In this document: positions 54,655 to 64,000 of the stretch, in pieces
Layout of the letters: every line of letters starts with the position of its first letter
Numbering within the stretch: position 1 is the stretch's first letter
Source of the DNA: an uncultured Gemmatimonadales bacterium
GTDB lineage: Bacteria > Gemmatimonadota > Gemmatimonadetes > Gemmatimonadales > Gemmatimonadaceae
Direction: 5' to 3'
Assembly: GCA_963707505.1 (NCBI GenBank)
Contig: CAVPQB010000003.1
Coordinates: 775,440-839,439 of the forward strand
DNA: 64,000 nt
Made by a program: the position numbers and the translations under genes
Notes under the pieces: generated by a model
What the model was told of the DNA's origin: nothing
The model's input: the letters and a program-made list of their open reading frames with translations, nothing else
Databases searched by the model: none

Positions 54655-55566
54655 CTACTTTGCCGGAGCGGCACCTGCGCGTTGCTTCGCCAGTTGTGCC
54701 TCGAAACTCACACGCGCATCTGTCGCGTATGAGCGGCATACGGTGGGATCGATCAGAGCATCCGCATCGCCCTGATCACGCGTGGCCACTCGTTCCCAGA
54801 AATGCACCACATCCGGATGCTGACTCAGCGCAATGTCGCACGGCAACGCCGCAACCGTCGCGAAGCTATTCTCGAAATCCTTGACGATATCTGGATACTG
54901 TGGGATGTCGACCAATCTATAACTCGGCGCTGACAGGCTGCCGATATCGACCAGATGCAGACAGCGCGTGTCCTCACATGACTTCCATGCCCAGGTCGTG
55001 TTGCCTCTGGTATGGCCGGGTGTCGCGTGCGCGGTCAGCACCAGGTCGCCCAGGTGCAGACTCTCGCCATCAGTTACAGTGCGCGTCACATGCACGGGCG
55101 GAAATACGAGTTTATCACCGTACTCCGGATCGTCATGACCGCCACGTGCGAGCAACGACGTATCCGCGACGCCTGCGATCACCTGCGCACCGATGTCGTG
55201 CGCGAGTTGTGCTATGCCACCCGCATGATCGCAGTGCGCATGCGAATTTAGAATCCATTTGATGTCGTGCAGGTTGATACCCAGACTTCGAATGTTCGCT
55301 TCGATCAACGGTGCGTCTGCTGGTACGCCACCATCAATCAGAACATCACCGGTGGGTGCGGTGATCAGGAAGACGCCGATACCGCGAGGCCCGACGTACC
55401 AGGTATTACCATAGACTCGTACCGGTTTCTGCGGAGCTGTCCACGAGGGATCGTTCACACATGACAGATCGTTCGCAGTGTTCGCTTGTGCCGCCGCGGG
55501 TGACTGCGCATACGCACTCGGTGCGAGCAAGCTGAAAACAAGAATCGCTGATATTGATACGCGCAT
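54655..55566 (-). CDS. Subclass B3 metallo-beta-lactamase
   Basis: Signal peptide; P.RVYGNTWYVG, LIDGG, SHAHCDHAGG, TPGHTRG, LPCDIALSQHP, C-terminal CRSYA. Confidence 0.88.
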   Translation of the reverse strand: MRVSISAILVFSLLAPSAYAQSPAAAQANTANDLSCVNDPSWTAPQKPVRVYGNTWYVGPRGIGVFLITAPTGDVLIDGGVPADAPLIEANIRSLGINLHDIKWILNSHAHCDHAGGIAQLAHDIGAQVIAGVADTSLLARGGHDDPEYGDKLVFPPVHVTRTVTDGESLHLGDLVLTAHATPGHTRGNTTWAWKSCEDTRCLHLVDIGSLSAPSYRLVDIPQYPDIVKDFENSFATVAALPCDIALSQHPDVVHFWERVATRDQGDADALIDPTVCRSYATDARVSFEAQLAKQRAGAAPAK

Positions 55567-55656
55567 GCACGACACGGTTTGTGGAGATGTATAGGATAGT
55601 AGTTTCACGCGACTCTGCGCTCGTACGAGTCGAGCCAGTCGCCACCGCGAGCAGAG

Positions 55657-55704
55657 AGCCACCGAGCAGCCACCGAGCAGCCACCGAGCAGCCACCGAGC
55701 AGCC
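55657..55704. repeat. 11-bp tandem repeat AGCCACCGAGC x4
   Basis: Direct reading; lies upstream of the beta-lactamase gene. Confidence 0.9.
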
Positions 55705-55709
55705 GCAGG

Positions 55710-56111
55710 TCACGGCGCTCCAGACGGGGGGAGCCACCGCTGGGCGGCCTCGAGGCTATTCCCCCCGTTCGTGTTTAAGGCGATAGCGGCAGAAGGCGCG
55801 TGCCGGCGCACCAGGTTGATCACCTGCTCGAAGAACTCCAGCATCGGCTCCGGCTTCCGAATACCGCCGCCGATTACGACACAGTCGTAGGACTGCGTCG
55901 TCAGTGCTGCGACGATCTGCGCGGCCGCTTGCTCTTGCTCGAGGCCAACGAGGCAGAGATCGGCAAGTATGCCCGCCGCGGTGAAGCGCTCCTGTCCACG
56001 AGCGAGCGCGGTCGCGACAAGATCGGCATCGACGTCGAGGTGCGCGACCGCATGCGGGTCGATTCCAATGACGAGGACGTGCTTGGCGTGCAGAGGTGGA
56101 TCAACTGGCAT
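55710..56111 (-). CDS. Conserved hypothetical protein
   Basis: YDCVVIGGGIRK..FEQVINLVRRHAP.A.IALN. Confidence 0.7.
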   Translation of the reverse strand: MPVDPPLHAKHVLVIGIDPHAVAHLDVDADLVATALARGQERFTAAGILADLCLVGLEQEQAAAQIVAALTTQSYDCVVIGGGIRKPEPMLEFFEQVINLVRRHAPSAAIALNTNGGNSLEAAQRWLPPSGAP

Positions 56112-56144
56112 GAAAAAGATCTCTATCGATGTCCAACTCCCCGG

Positions 56145-56402
56145 TTAGCCTCCCGCGGAATTCATAAGTGCGACGGCGGATTCAGTGCTACCATCGCTCG
56201 CGTGTCTTACACGATCGTTATACGGCCGGCGAGACGCAAGTCGATCCCGAAGCGTGCGGCGATGCGTGGCCGACGCGTCGTCAATGACTTCATACCCCCA
56301 GCGCTCGTAGAAGTGTGCAGCGGCCGATGAGATCATCGACGAATCGCCGCACGAACCGAAAGCCTTCCGCGTCGCCAAGCGTCGCGAGTTCATGCAAGGC
56401 AC
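56145..56402 (-). pseudogene. Probable GNAT acetyltransferase relic
   Basis: SSAAAHFYERWGYEV resembles GNAT motif B; the remainder is degraded. Confidence 0.4.
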
Positions 56403-56541
56403 CGAGATCAGAGGCGGCGAGAAGTCGGGTATTCACCGCTGACTGAGTGAAGAGTGATGTAACACCTATTGAGTTGCGTCGACAGTACTTCGTGCACGAT
56501 TGTAATTATGGCGTCGCGATCGATGCGGTAATGCGCGCCGC

Positions 56542-58343
56542 CTACAACGTCGGGTGTCGCCGCACAGTGTCGTCGTGCATCTGGAACTGGTGCGCGACGG
56601 ACAGGATCAGATCGTCGTTGTACAGGTTGCCGATGATCTGACCGCAGATGGGTTGCGGATTGAGTTGCGGCGCCGGCGCGGCTGGTGCGGCGCCAGGTCT
56701 TCCGCCGGTGGCTGCGGTACACCGAACTTGTACGGTAGAACCGCGCTCGGGTGTCCGGTCTGCGCGTTGGCGCCGACGTCCGCGAACGGGCTTCCGATAT
56801 ACATGTCCAGATCCTTCAGGAACTCGGCCCACTTCGTCACCAGCACGTAGCGGCGACGCTCGGTTTGCAGGAACTCGAATGCAGGCATCCTGCGACCGTT
56901 CACGAAGCGTGGATTCCAGTCGGCGGGCGCCATCGGATTCGCTGGCGCTGCCGGACGATTATCACGCGTGTCGCCACTAGCACGCACCGGCAGCGGTGGC
57001 AGGTTGTTGAGATCGAGTCCGATCTCCTTCGCCTTGATCTGTACGTACGAATCGAACGCCGCCGCATCCTCACCATCGAGTCCGCCGCTGCCAGTGAGAC
57101 CAGGTACGGTCGGACGTGCTCCGATGGTCACTGGTTTCATTCCCAGCTCCTTCAGCTTGTCCACCAGCTCCTTCGGTGCCTTGTCGTCCACACCGATGCG
57201 GAGTGCAGCGAGATCGATGCTGCGGTTGAACTGGAACGGCATCGTCACCGTGGACGGATCCTTCTCATCGACACCGTGAATCACGTTGAACACCATCGCA
57301 GCGTCCTCGCTGGTACGCACGATGGGTCCCACACGATCCTGGGACCAGGCCAGCACCATGCCGCCGTAACGACTTACGCTGCCGAACGTGGGACGCAGCG
57401 CACTCAAGCCGCACCGAATGCTCGGCGACACGATCGAGCCCGACGTCTCGGTGCCGATTCCGAATGCAACACAGCCTGCGGCAGTCGCCGATGCGGGACC
57501 GGCGGACGAGCCGCTCGAGCCCTGCGACAGATTCCACGGATTGTTGGTGCGTCCCCGGAACCACTGATCGTTCTGCGCGAAAAGTCCGGTGGCGAGTTTC
57601 GCGATCAACACCGCGCCCGCGTCGCGCAGACGCACGACGACTTCGGCGTCCATGTCGATGATGCGATTCTCGAAATCCTTCGCACCCCACGTGGTGGGCA
57701 CTCCTTTCGTTGCGAACAGATCCTTTACGCCGTAAGGAAGTCCGTGGAGCGGTCCGCGGTAATGACCAGCGGCGATTTCCGCATCGGCCCGCGCGGCCTC
57801 GGCGCGCGCCTGGTCTTCCATGATGGTGACCGCGCAGAGCAGAGTTGGATTGAGGCGCTTGAGCCGTGTGAGGTAGATGTCGGTGAGGCGTGCCGATGTG
57901 ATCCGTCGGGATTTGATGAGCGCCGAAAGCTGGTGCGCGGGGAGAAATGCGATGTCGTCGTCCGAAGTGGGCAACGTACCGGTCCACGCTTCGGGCTCGT
58001 ACGTGCCGCGATCGAACGCCTTGGCACCGCGTTGGCGTACGAGCTTCTCCATGAGCGCGCCGGTGCCGCCGGGATACGGCTGGAACTGGAGTGCTGGAGC
58101 TTCACCATTGCCGAGCGGAAAGGGCGCTTCCTGCTGGAGGAACTGCGGTGCCCCGAGAGAGCCCGCGGCGCTCCCGCGGCTGGACTCGCCAAATGCCGGC
58201 TTGACGCCGAGCGCAGAGGCTGCCGCGGCGGCGAGTGAGAAGAAGACAAACTGACGCCGATCGATCCCGAATTTTTCCGAGTCGAAGTCGGAGGATTCGA
58301 GATCCGTCTGATATTGTTCCAGCAGGTCTTCGGGATTGCTCAC
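56542..58343 (-). CDS. Amidase signature family protein with Tat motif, frameshifted near 56705
   Basis: DRRQFV; GPLHGLPYGVKD, GSSGSSAG, IGTETSGSI; C-terminus in the 56542 frame. Confidence 0.88.
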
Positions 58344-58479
58344 TGCAGTGCTCCGATGGCGGCGAATGGGAAGTGTGATTTACGCATGCAGAGAATCGCG
58401 CGGAAAGCACGAATTGGTAAGGGGTGGATGGAACACGCAATGAAACACGCAGAGGCGCCGAGCACAGCTCTAACGCCGA

Positions 58480-59286
58480 CTAGTTCAGATCGCGCGAAAA
58501 CATCAACTTGAGCGTGACCTTGTCGGACGCGTGGGTGAGACCAAAGCCGATACCACCTTCGATGTTCATCGTGGAGTAGTGATCGAAGGCGGCCCAGATC
58601 TGCTGGACTTGCTGCCCACGCGGAAGTAGTTCACGCAGCGGGCCGAATCCCGAGTACTGCTCGGCGGCCAGCGCCCACTGCGAGCTGACGTGGTACGCGA
58701 CGCGTGACGCGGGATTGAATTCGAGCGCGGCGATCCCGCCGCTCCATGAATTGTCGAGGATCGGGTTGAAGATGAAGTCCCAGGGATGGATGTGCCAGCC
58801 GACGATCGGACGGATCTCCGAGCTGTAGCGGTACGAATCCCATCTGGCGGCGTTGTAGCTGAACTCGAAGTTGGCGCCGTAGAAGAACGTGCGCTCGCCG
58901 GCGTGCGGCGAAACGAAGAGCAGACGCAGCTTGCCGCCGTTCACCGTGGGACCGTACTGATCGGTGATGCTGTAGAGTGGAAGGTAGAGGCCGAGCTCGA
59001 GCCAGGGCTTGGCGCCGTAAGCCCACTCGAATCCGCCGTCGAACGAATGGTTGGAGATCACGGCGCCGGGAAAGGCCGGAGCCTTGGCGCCCTCGGGCGT
59101 GAAGTTGGTGTGCAGGGTGAGATTGAACTTGCCGAGCTCAGCGATGCCAGCGTCGTAGACCTGGATCTCGTCGGTGGGACCCTGCGCGGCGGCAGGGCCG
59201 GCCAGTACGCCGAGGGCGACAGCGAGGGCCACGAGCGGAAAAAACAGGCGCGGCGTCCGCGGGGAATGCTTTATTAGGTTATGCAT
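58480..59286 (-). CDS. Hypothetical secreted/outer-membrane beta-barrel-like protein
   Basis: Signal peptide AAA-Q, DEIQVYD, alternating aromatic-rich strands. Confidence 0.65.
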   Translation of the reverse strand: MHNLIKHSPRTPRLFFPLVALAVALGVLAGPAAAQGPTDEIQVYDAGIAELGKFNLTLHTNFTPEGAKAPAFPGAVISNHSFDGGFEWAYGAKPWLELGLYLPLYSITDQYGPTVNGGKLRLLFVSPHAGERTFFYGANFEFSYNAARWDSYRYSSEIRPIVGWHIHPWDFIFNPILDNSWSGGIAALEFNPASRVAYHVSSQWALAAEQYSGFGPLRELLPRGQQVQQIWAAFDHYSTMNIEGGIGFGLTHASDKVTLKLMFSRDLN

Positions 59287-59485
59287 GTTGCCCGGTCAGC
59301 GGGTTCAGGGCGCGCTGCGTTAGCAGGACGCCACGATCGTACAGAGATTACGCAGTCCGTCGCGCAACGCAACTACACATGCGGCCGATGGTTGTGAGCA
59401 GCCTCTATAAGGAAGCTCCGAGCGGCCGGCGATTTCCGTTTTTTATGGTCTGTCGGGAACAGAAAACCCAACGCAAGGAGGCCGC

Positions 59486-60136
59486 ATGACGGCTGACATC
59501 CCCGAGCTGCCGCATCATCCGCACAAGGCCTCCGGCCTGCCACGCTGGCTGGAGTGGACCACGGCCATCTCGGCGTTGATCATCTCCGTCTGCTCGATCG
59601 GCATCGCGATCTACAATGCGCGCATCGAGTCGCGGCTTCTCAAGGCCAACTCGTTTCCCTATGTCGTCGCCGGCATCAGCGACGGCCAGCTCGACGGGCC
59701 GAAGGGGGCCGAGAGCATCACGATCGAGTTACTGAACCACGGCGTTGGCCCCGCCAACGAGCAGAGTCTGAAGATCAGGCTCGGCGATCAGTACGTCACC
59801 AACGTGAAGGATCTCATCCGCACGGCAGTCGGGTCCGCTGACGCGGACAAGGCGGTCGAGCTTCTGGTCCCGGTATACGACGACGAGCCCACGCGGTTCA
59901 TTGCGTCGAGGGATCGCGGATTGATCTTCAAGATCGACAAGACGGCTGAGAACGCGCGGTACTGGGAGATGTTCGACCACGCTATGAACGTGAAACGGCT
60001 GAGTGTCGAGTTCTGTTACTGCTCGGTGTTCGACGAGTGCTGGTCGGTGAAGGGGCAGGTTCGGGAGGAGGTGAAGGCGTGTGTAGCGGATCCGCATCTC
60101 GAATTCGTGCCGAAGCCGCGGGCGCAGATAGTTTAG
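59486..60136 (+). CDS. Hypothetical membrane-anchored protein
   Basis: AAGGAGG RBS; TM helix; NHGVGPA and FCYCSVFDECW motifs. Confidence 0.7.
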   Translation: MTADIPELPHHPHKASGLPRWLEWTTAISALIISVCSIGIAIYNARIESRLLKANSFPYVVAGISDGQLDGPKGAESITIELLNHGVGPANEQSLKIRLGDQYVTNVKDLIRTAVGSADADKAVELLVPVYDDEPTRFIASRDRGLIFKIDKTAENARYWEMFDHAMNVKRLSVEFCYCSVFDECWSVKGQVREEVKACVADPHLEFVPKPRAQIV

Positions 60137-60179
60137 GCGAGGAGCGAGCGAGGGGACGCATCATCAATTCCGTGCGGAG

Positions 60180-60222
60180 TCCGTCCCCACTCCGTCCCCA
60201 CTCCGTCCCCACTCCGTCCCCC
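60180..60222. repeat. 11-bp tandem repeat TCCGTCCCCAC x4 with upstream inverted GGGGACG
   Basis: Direct reading of 60152-60222. Confidence 0.85.
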
Positions 60223-60275
60223 GGTGCGATGTAGCCATCGAGACTAAGCGCAATGTTGACGAATACTTTGCTCAT
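60219..60275 (-). pseudogene. N-terminal stub of a RibD-C/DHFR family gene
   Basis: RBS plus MSKVFVNIALSLDGYIAPG, cut off at the tandem repeat. Confidence 0.65.
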
Positions 60276-60318
60276 GATTCTTCTCTCGCATGTAGTGTGG
60301 TCGAATTGCTCTTGGCTC

Positions 60319-61710
60319 TCAGTGCGTTGTAAATCCGGTTCGATCCGTAATTTCGCCGCCGGTTTCAACTAATGCCGTGCCCACCTTGGCAAACGCACGC
60401 ACGCCCGTCAGCGGCGTCGAACCGTCGGCGGAGACCAGCACCGCATCCGACCCTTGACCGTCGGCGAGCACCTTGCCTTGGATGTCTATCGCGAGGACCT
60501 TGCCGCCCTCGATGGCGTAGGTCGTTACGTTGGCTCCGTAAGTGACCAGATTTCCTCTGACGACGAGTTTCTCGACGACGCCTCCAGGCTTTGCGCTAAA
60601 GGCCGCTGCCGGGAGTAGCATGTTCACGCCCTTGACCAGCGTGTTACCGATTGAGCCGTGCGTTGTCACGCTTTCGTCGATTACTATCGTGCCCACGGGC
60701 TTGCTCACCTGGATGCCAATCGAGCCGTCGCCGAATGTCTCGATGGACTTGAACCGGATGTTGCGCACGGTGCCGTCGTACTGGTTGAAGCCGCGTGCGC
60801 CCAATCCCCAAGTAACGATCTCGGCCTCCGCAACGAAATCGTTGACGGTGCCGAAGTTGACGAAGCCGATCCCGCTCGGTCCGTAGGAGACTATCGGCGC
60901 GTGCGCGATCCACGTGTCCACCGTGCCCCAGGTATCCAGCACCATGTCGTTGACGCCGTATGTGACGATCTCGCCGAAATGCTCGATGCGTTTGGCGTGG
61001 ACGCCGTAGACGATGAAGACGCCACCCGTGATAATGTCGGCGGTGCCGTAGGGGAGCATCCCGGTCGAATAGACTGCGCCGGTCGTGAGTTCGGTGAGCT
61101 CAACCGTTCCGCCGTGGTCGCCAAAGCCACTGACGAAGATGCCTGAACCCAGGGCCGGCGCGCCTTTCGCGCCAATGCTGATGTTGCTTAGCGAAGCTGT
61201 GATCCCGGATTTCGTGTCGCCGTTGAAGTTGTATACGGTAAGCGCGCCCTGATACACGTTTACGCCGTACTTCTGAGGTTGCTCACTGTAGCGGCGTGCA
61301 TCGCAGGCCGCGATATGCAGCCCGTCCACCACGAGATTCAGTTTGTCGGTTCCGATGCGAGTGATGATCGAGACCTGCCCGGTCACAGCGAGGTTGCCGA
61401 GCGTGATCGTGCCCATGTCCGAGATCCCGGCTTCTGTGTAGATGGCTCGAGCGCTCGGTGAAGCGATTATGGTGAGGTCCGAGACACGGTTGTTCGCGGT
61501 CAAACCGATACCGTCGCCGTTCATGAAGCTGAGTAGGGAGCGGTCCTTGTCGCTTCCGGTCAGCGAAAATCCTTGTGGCAGGGTGATCGAATGGGGGCAG
61601 GCCACCGAAGTTGTGAGTTCGACGGTGCGCGGACCACCGCCTGAAAGCGCCGCCATCAGCTCGGTGAGCGAGGTGACGAGAATACTGGACGGATTGCTCA
61701 TGCTTATCAC
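60319..61710 (-). CDS. Hypothetical protein, probable beta-helix/solenoid
   Basis: 463-aa ORF rich in Gly/Val/Thr with recurring (I/V)xTxGxGxxG units. Confidence 0.7.
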   Translation of the reverse strand: MISMSNPSSILVTSLTELMAALSGGGPRTVELTTSVACPHSITLPQGFSLTGSDKDRSLLSFMNGDGIGLTANNRVSDLTIIASPSARAIYTEAGISDMGTITLGNLAVTGQVSIITRIGTDKLNLVVDGLHIAACDARRYSEQPQKYGVNVYQGALTVYNFNGDTKSGITASLSNISIGAKGAPALGSGIFVSGFGDHGGTVELTELTTGAVYSTGMLPYGTADIITGGVFIVYGVHAKRIEHFGEIVTYGVNDMVLDTWGTVDTWIAHAPIVSYGPSGIGFVNFGTVNDFVAEAEIVTWGLGARGFNQYDGTVRNIRFKSIETFGDGSIGIQVSKPVGTIVIDESVTTHGSIGNTLVKGVNMLLPAAAFSAKPGGVVEKLVVRGNLVTYGANVTTYAIEGGKVLAIDIQGKVLADGQGSDAVLVSADGSTPLTGVRAFAKVGTALVETGGEITDRTGFTTH

Positions 61711-61954
61711 CCTTTGCGACTTGGAGAAACCGAATCATAACCAGCTGACGTACGATGCCTGAGCCGCGCGGCGCGGCGAAGCATTCTTTTCAAGCCTCTC
61801 AACGAACAGAATGACGGCGCCGAAAAGCAATACGCCTGTCATTAGAAAAAGGCGGGTCGGCTGCAAGGGGGTCCAATAATCTGCACGCGCAGGGCGGATT
61901 TCGCAGCACCTTTGTCAACTGCGTTAACGGACACGGATCAGGGCGGGTTTTCTT

Positions 61955-62013
61955 GCGGACTTTCTTGCAGCCAACAGTTCGCGGCATCCGCCACAAGAAG
62001 TGCACTCCGACTC
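61955..62013. repeat. Palindromic intergenic element, copy 2 (related to 50780-50860)
   Basis: GCGGACTTTCTTG...CCAAC...GGCAT...CCACAAGAAGTGCACTCCGAC. Confidence 0.6.
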
Positions 62014-62025
62014 GACCCTCCCTGG

Positions 62026-63334
62026 TTACGCCATGCCATTCCTGATCGCCAGCGAGACGCGGTCCGCGAACAGATCGACTTCGTCCACCGTGGTGTAGAC
62101 GTTCGGCGTGATGCGCATTCCCTGAAACTCGTCGTTCACCATGGGCGTCGTGACGATGTGGTGCTTGTCCAGCAGCCACCCGCCGAGCTTGCCCATGTCC
62201 ATCCCGTCGATCGCCGAGCACGCCGATCGCGCCGCTCTCGTTCGGGCCGATCGGCGTGATCATCTTCACGCGGTCGCTCGCCGCGAGCACCTGCTTCGCC
62301 CATCGGTCGCGCAGGAAGCGCAGGCGCGCGATCTTCCGCTCCGCGCCGATCGCCGCGGTGGAACGCGATGGCGACGGCGATCGCGTTGTGGTTCGCGGCC
62401 GGATGCGTGCCGATCTCCTCGTACTTCCGGATGTCGTCCTCCTGCTCCACCGCCGCCGGCCATCAGCGGCCAGAGCGACTTGATCTTGTCGCGCCGCACG
62501 TAGAGGAAGCCGGTGCCGATCGGCGCGTGCAGCCACTTGTGCAGGCTCGTGCCGTAGTAGTCGCAGCCGAGCTCGTCGCGCGTGAACGGGAAGTGCGCGA
62601 ACGCGTGCGCGCCGTCGACGAAGACCTCGATGCCCTTCGGCCGCGCCAGCTCGACGATCTCGCGCACCGGCGCGATGTAGCCCGTCATGGAAGCTGATGT
62701 GCATGACCTCGATGACCCTCGTGCGCGGCGTGATCGCGGCCGCGATGTGCTCGACGTACGACGCCGTGCTCGCCACCGGCGTCTCGATCTTGACGCGCTT
62801 GAGCACGATGCCGTCGCGACGCTCGCGCTGCCGCCACGCGTTCTGCATGCGCGGATAGTTCTGCGTCGTGAAGACGACCTCGTCGCCGCGCTTGAGGTCG
62901 AGTGCCGAAGATCATCGTCTCGTTCGCCTCCGACGCGTTGCGCGTGATCGCCATCTCCTCGGGATCGCAGCCGAAGTCGCGCGGCGAGGTCGCGGCGCAC
63001 GGACTCGATGCGCGGCTCGAGCACGCGCCACATGTGCTCCACCGGCAGCTCGTTCGAGAAGCGCAGGTCGCGGATCATCTGCTCGAGCACGTGCGTCGGC
63101 GCGGGCGAGCAGCCGCCGTTGTTGAGATTGATCATCGTGCGGTCGAGGTCGAACGCGCGCTGGATCTCGCCCCAGTACGTCTCGTCCTCGGCGGCGGCGG
63201 CCGGCGGACGGCGGCGCGCCCGCTCGTCGGCACGCCGAAGGTGCCGAAATGCGTCGGCCCGCATGGCGGGCAGGCGTGGGCAGTGTGACGCTCGCGCCGA
63301 GCATGGACGCGACGAACGTGCGGCGGTCGGGCAT
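62026..63334 (-). CDS. Class V PLP enzyme (isopenicillin N epimerase-like) with Tat motif, several frameshifts
   Basis: MPDRRTFV; INLNNGGCSPAP, ITRNASEA, VDGAHAF, GTSLHKWL.APIGTGFLY, EEIGTHP. Confidence 0.82.
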
Positions 63335-63439
63335 GGGAGTGAGGGCTGGAGACGCATCCAACTTCGCTCTGGACTGCGAATTCGTCCAGTGGGACGACCA
63401 GTCACGCATTACCGGCGTGTAGCGCGGGGAATAGCGCGT

Positions 63440-63987
63440 TCAGGCCGGGACACACGTCACCAGAACCGCGTCCTCGCCAACACGATCGCTGGCAATGATG
63501 CGGAGCGGTGGCCGCGCGCCGGCAAAGTACGGCTTGCCGGCGCCAAGCACGAAGGGGCGGAAGTAGAGACGATATTCGTCGATGAGACCGAGGTCAGTGA
63601 GGCTCGCCGCCAGGATGGGCCCCGCGACGTCGATCTCACCCTCGACGTCCTTCTTCAGTCTGCGCACAAACGCTTCGACGTTCTCCCCGACGAGTGTGGC
63701 GTTCGCGCCGACCGACTTGAGCGTACGTGAGACGACCCATTTCGGCATGCGCGCGCCACACCGCCGCGAATTCGTGGTCGCCCGCATCCCACTCCGGTCG
63801 ATCCTCGTCCCAGTAGCGCATGACCTCGTATATCCGTCGACCATACAAGGCAGCCGGCCAGGCCGCGGACGTGATCCGTGAAATGACGGCCAAGCGCAAC
63901 GCCGGGCGGCGGCAATTCCAGCTTGCCCTCGACGCCATCCACGTAGCCGTCGAGGGACTGCATCATGCCGAATACGAGCTTGCCCAT
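63440..63987 (-). CDS. RibD C-terminal/dihydrofolate reductase family protein, frameshifted
   Basis: MGKLVFGMMQSLDGYV, YGRRIYEVMRYW, PKWVVSRTL, GLIDEYRL. Confidence 0.85.
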
Positions 63988-64000
63988 GTCCTCATGCCTC

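Noticed and set aside
37000..64000. Prophage, ICE or IS as origin of the accessory region
   Set aside because: No integrase, transposase, phage or conjugation genes, and no tRNA or att direct repeats seen.

Overview
High-GC bacterial chromosome segment. Gene content and style suggest Gemmatimonadota or a similar soil lineage (inference only). It is probably a long-read assembly with uncorrected indels, since about ten otherwise intact genes are frameshifted. The left part (1-24 kb) is mostly core: dipeptide ABC transporter, RidA, ferredoxin-NADP reductase, PduO, aroB, an alternative sigma-70, glcDEF, ygfZ, AAA ATPase, creatininase, threonine aldolase and an imuA-imuB-dnaE2 mutasome. The mutasome is split by an antisense Phd/VapC toxin-antitoxin module plus a REP-derived 15-bp tandem array. 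The TA promoter and operator sit directly on the imuB start, while imuA has its own sigma-70 promoter with a GAAC-N7-GAAC (LexA-like) box. The middle part holds leuACDB, preceded by an unannotated Leu-rich leader peptide and attenuator, with a LeuA that lacks its regulatory domain. The right part (37-64 kb) is an accessory region of mostly minus-strand detox/hydrolase genes, including a subclass B3 metallo-beta-lactamase and several RibD-C/DHFR-like, VOC and DinB genes. It also has an ECF41 sigma with face-to-face cognate promoters and a collapsed relic of the same cassette, internally deleted gene relics, attC-like core-site remnants and REP-like palindromes. No rRNA, tRNA, CRISPR array, integrase or transposase was seen.
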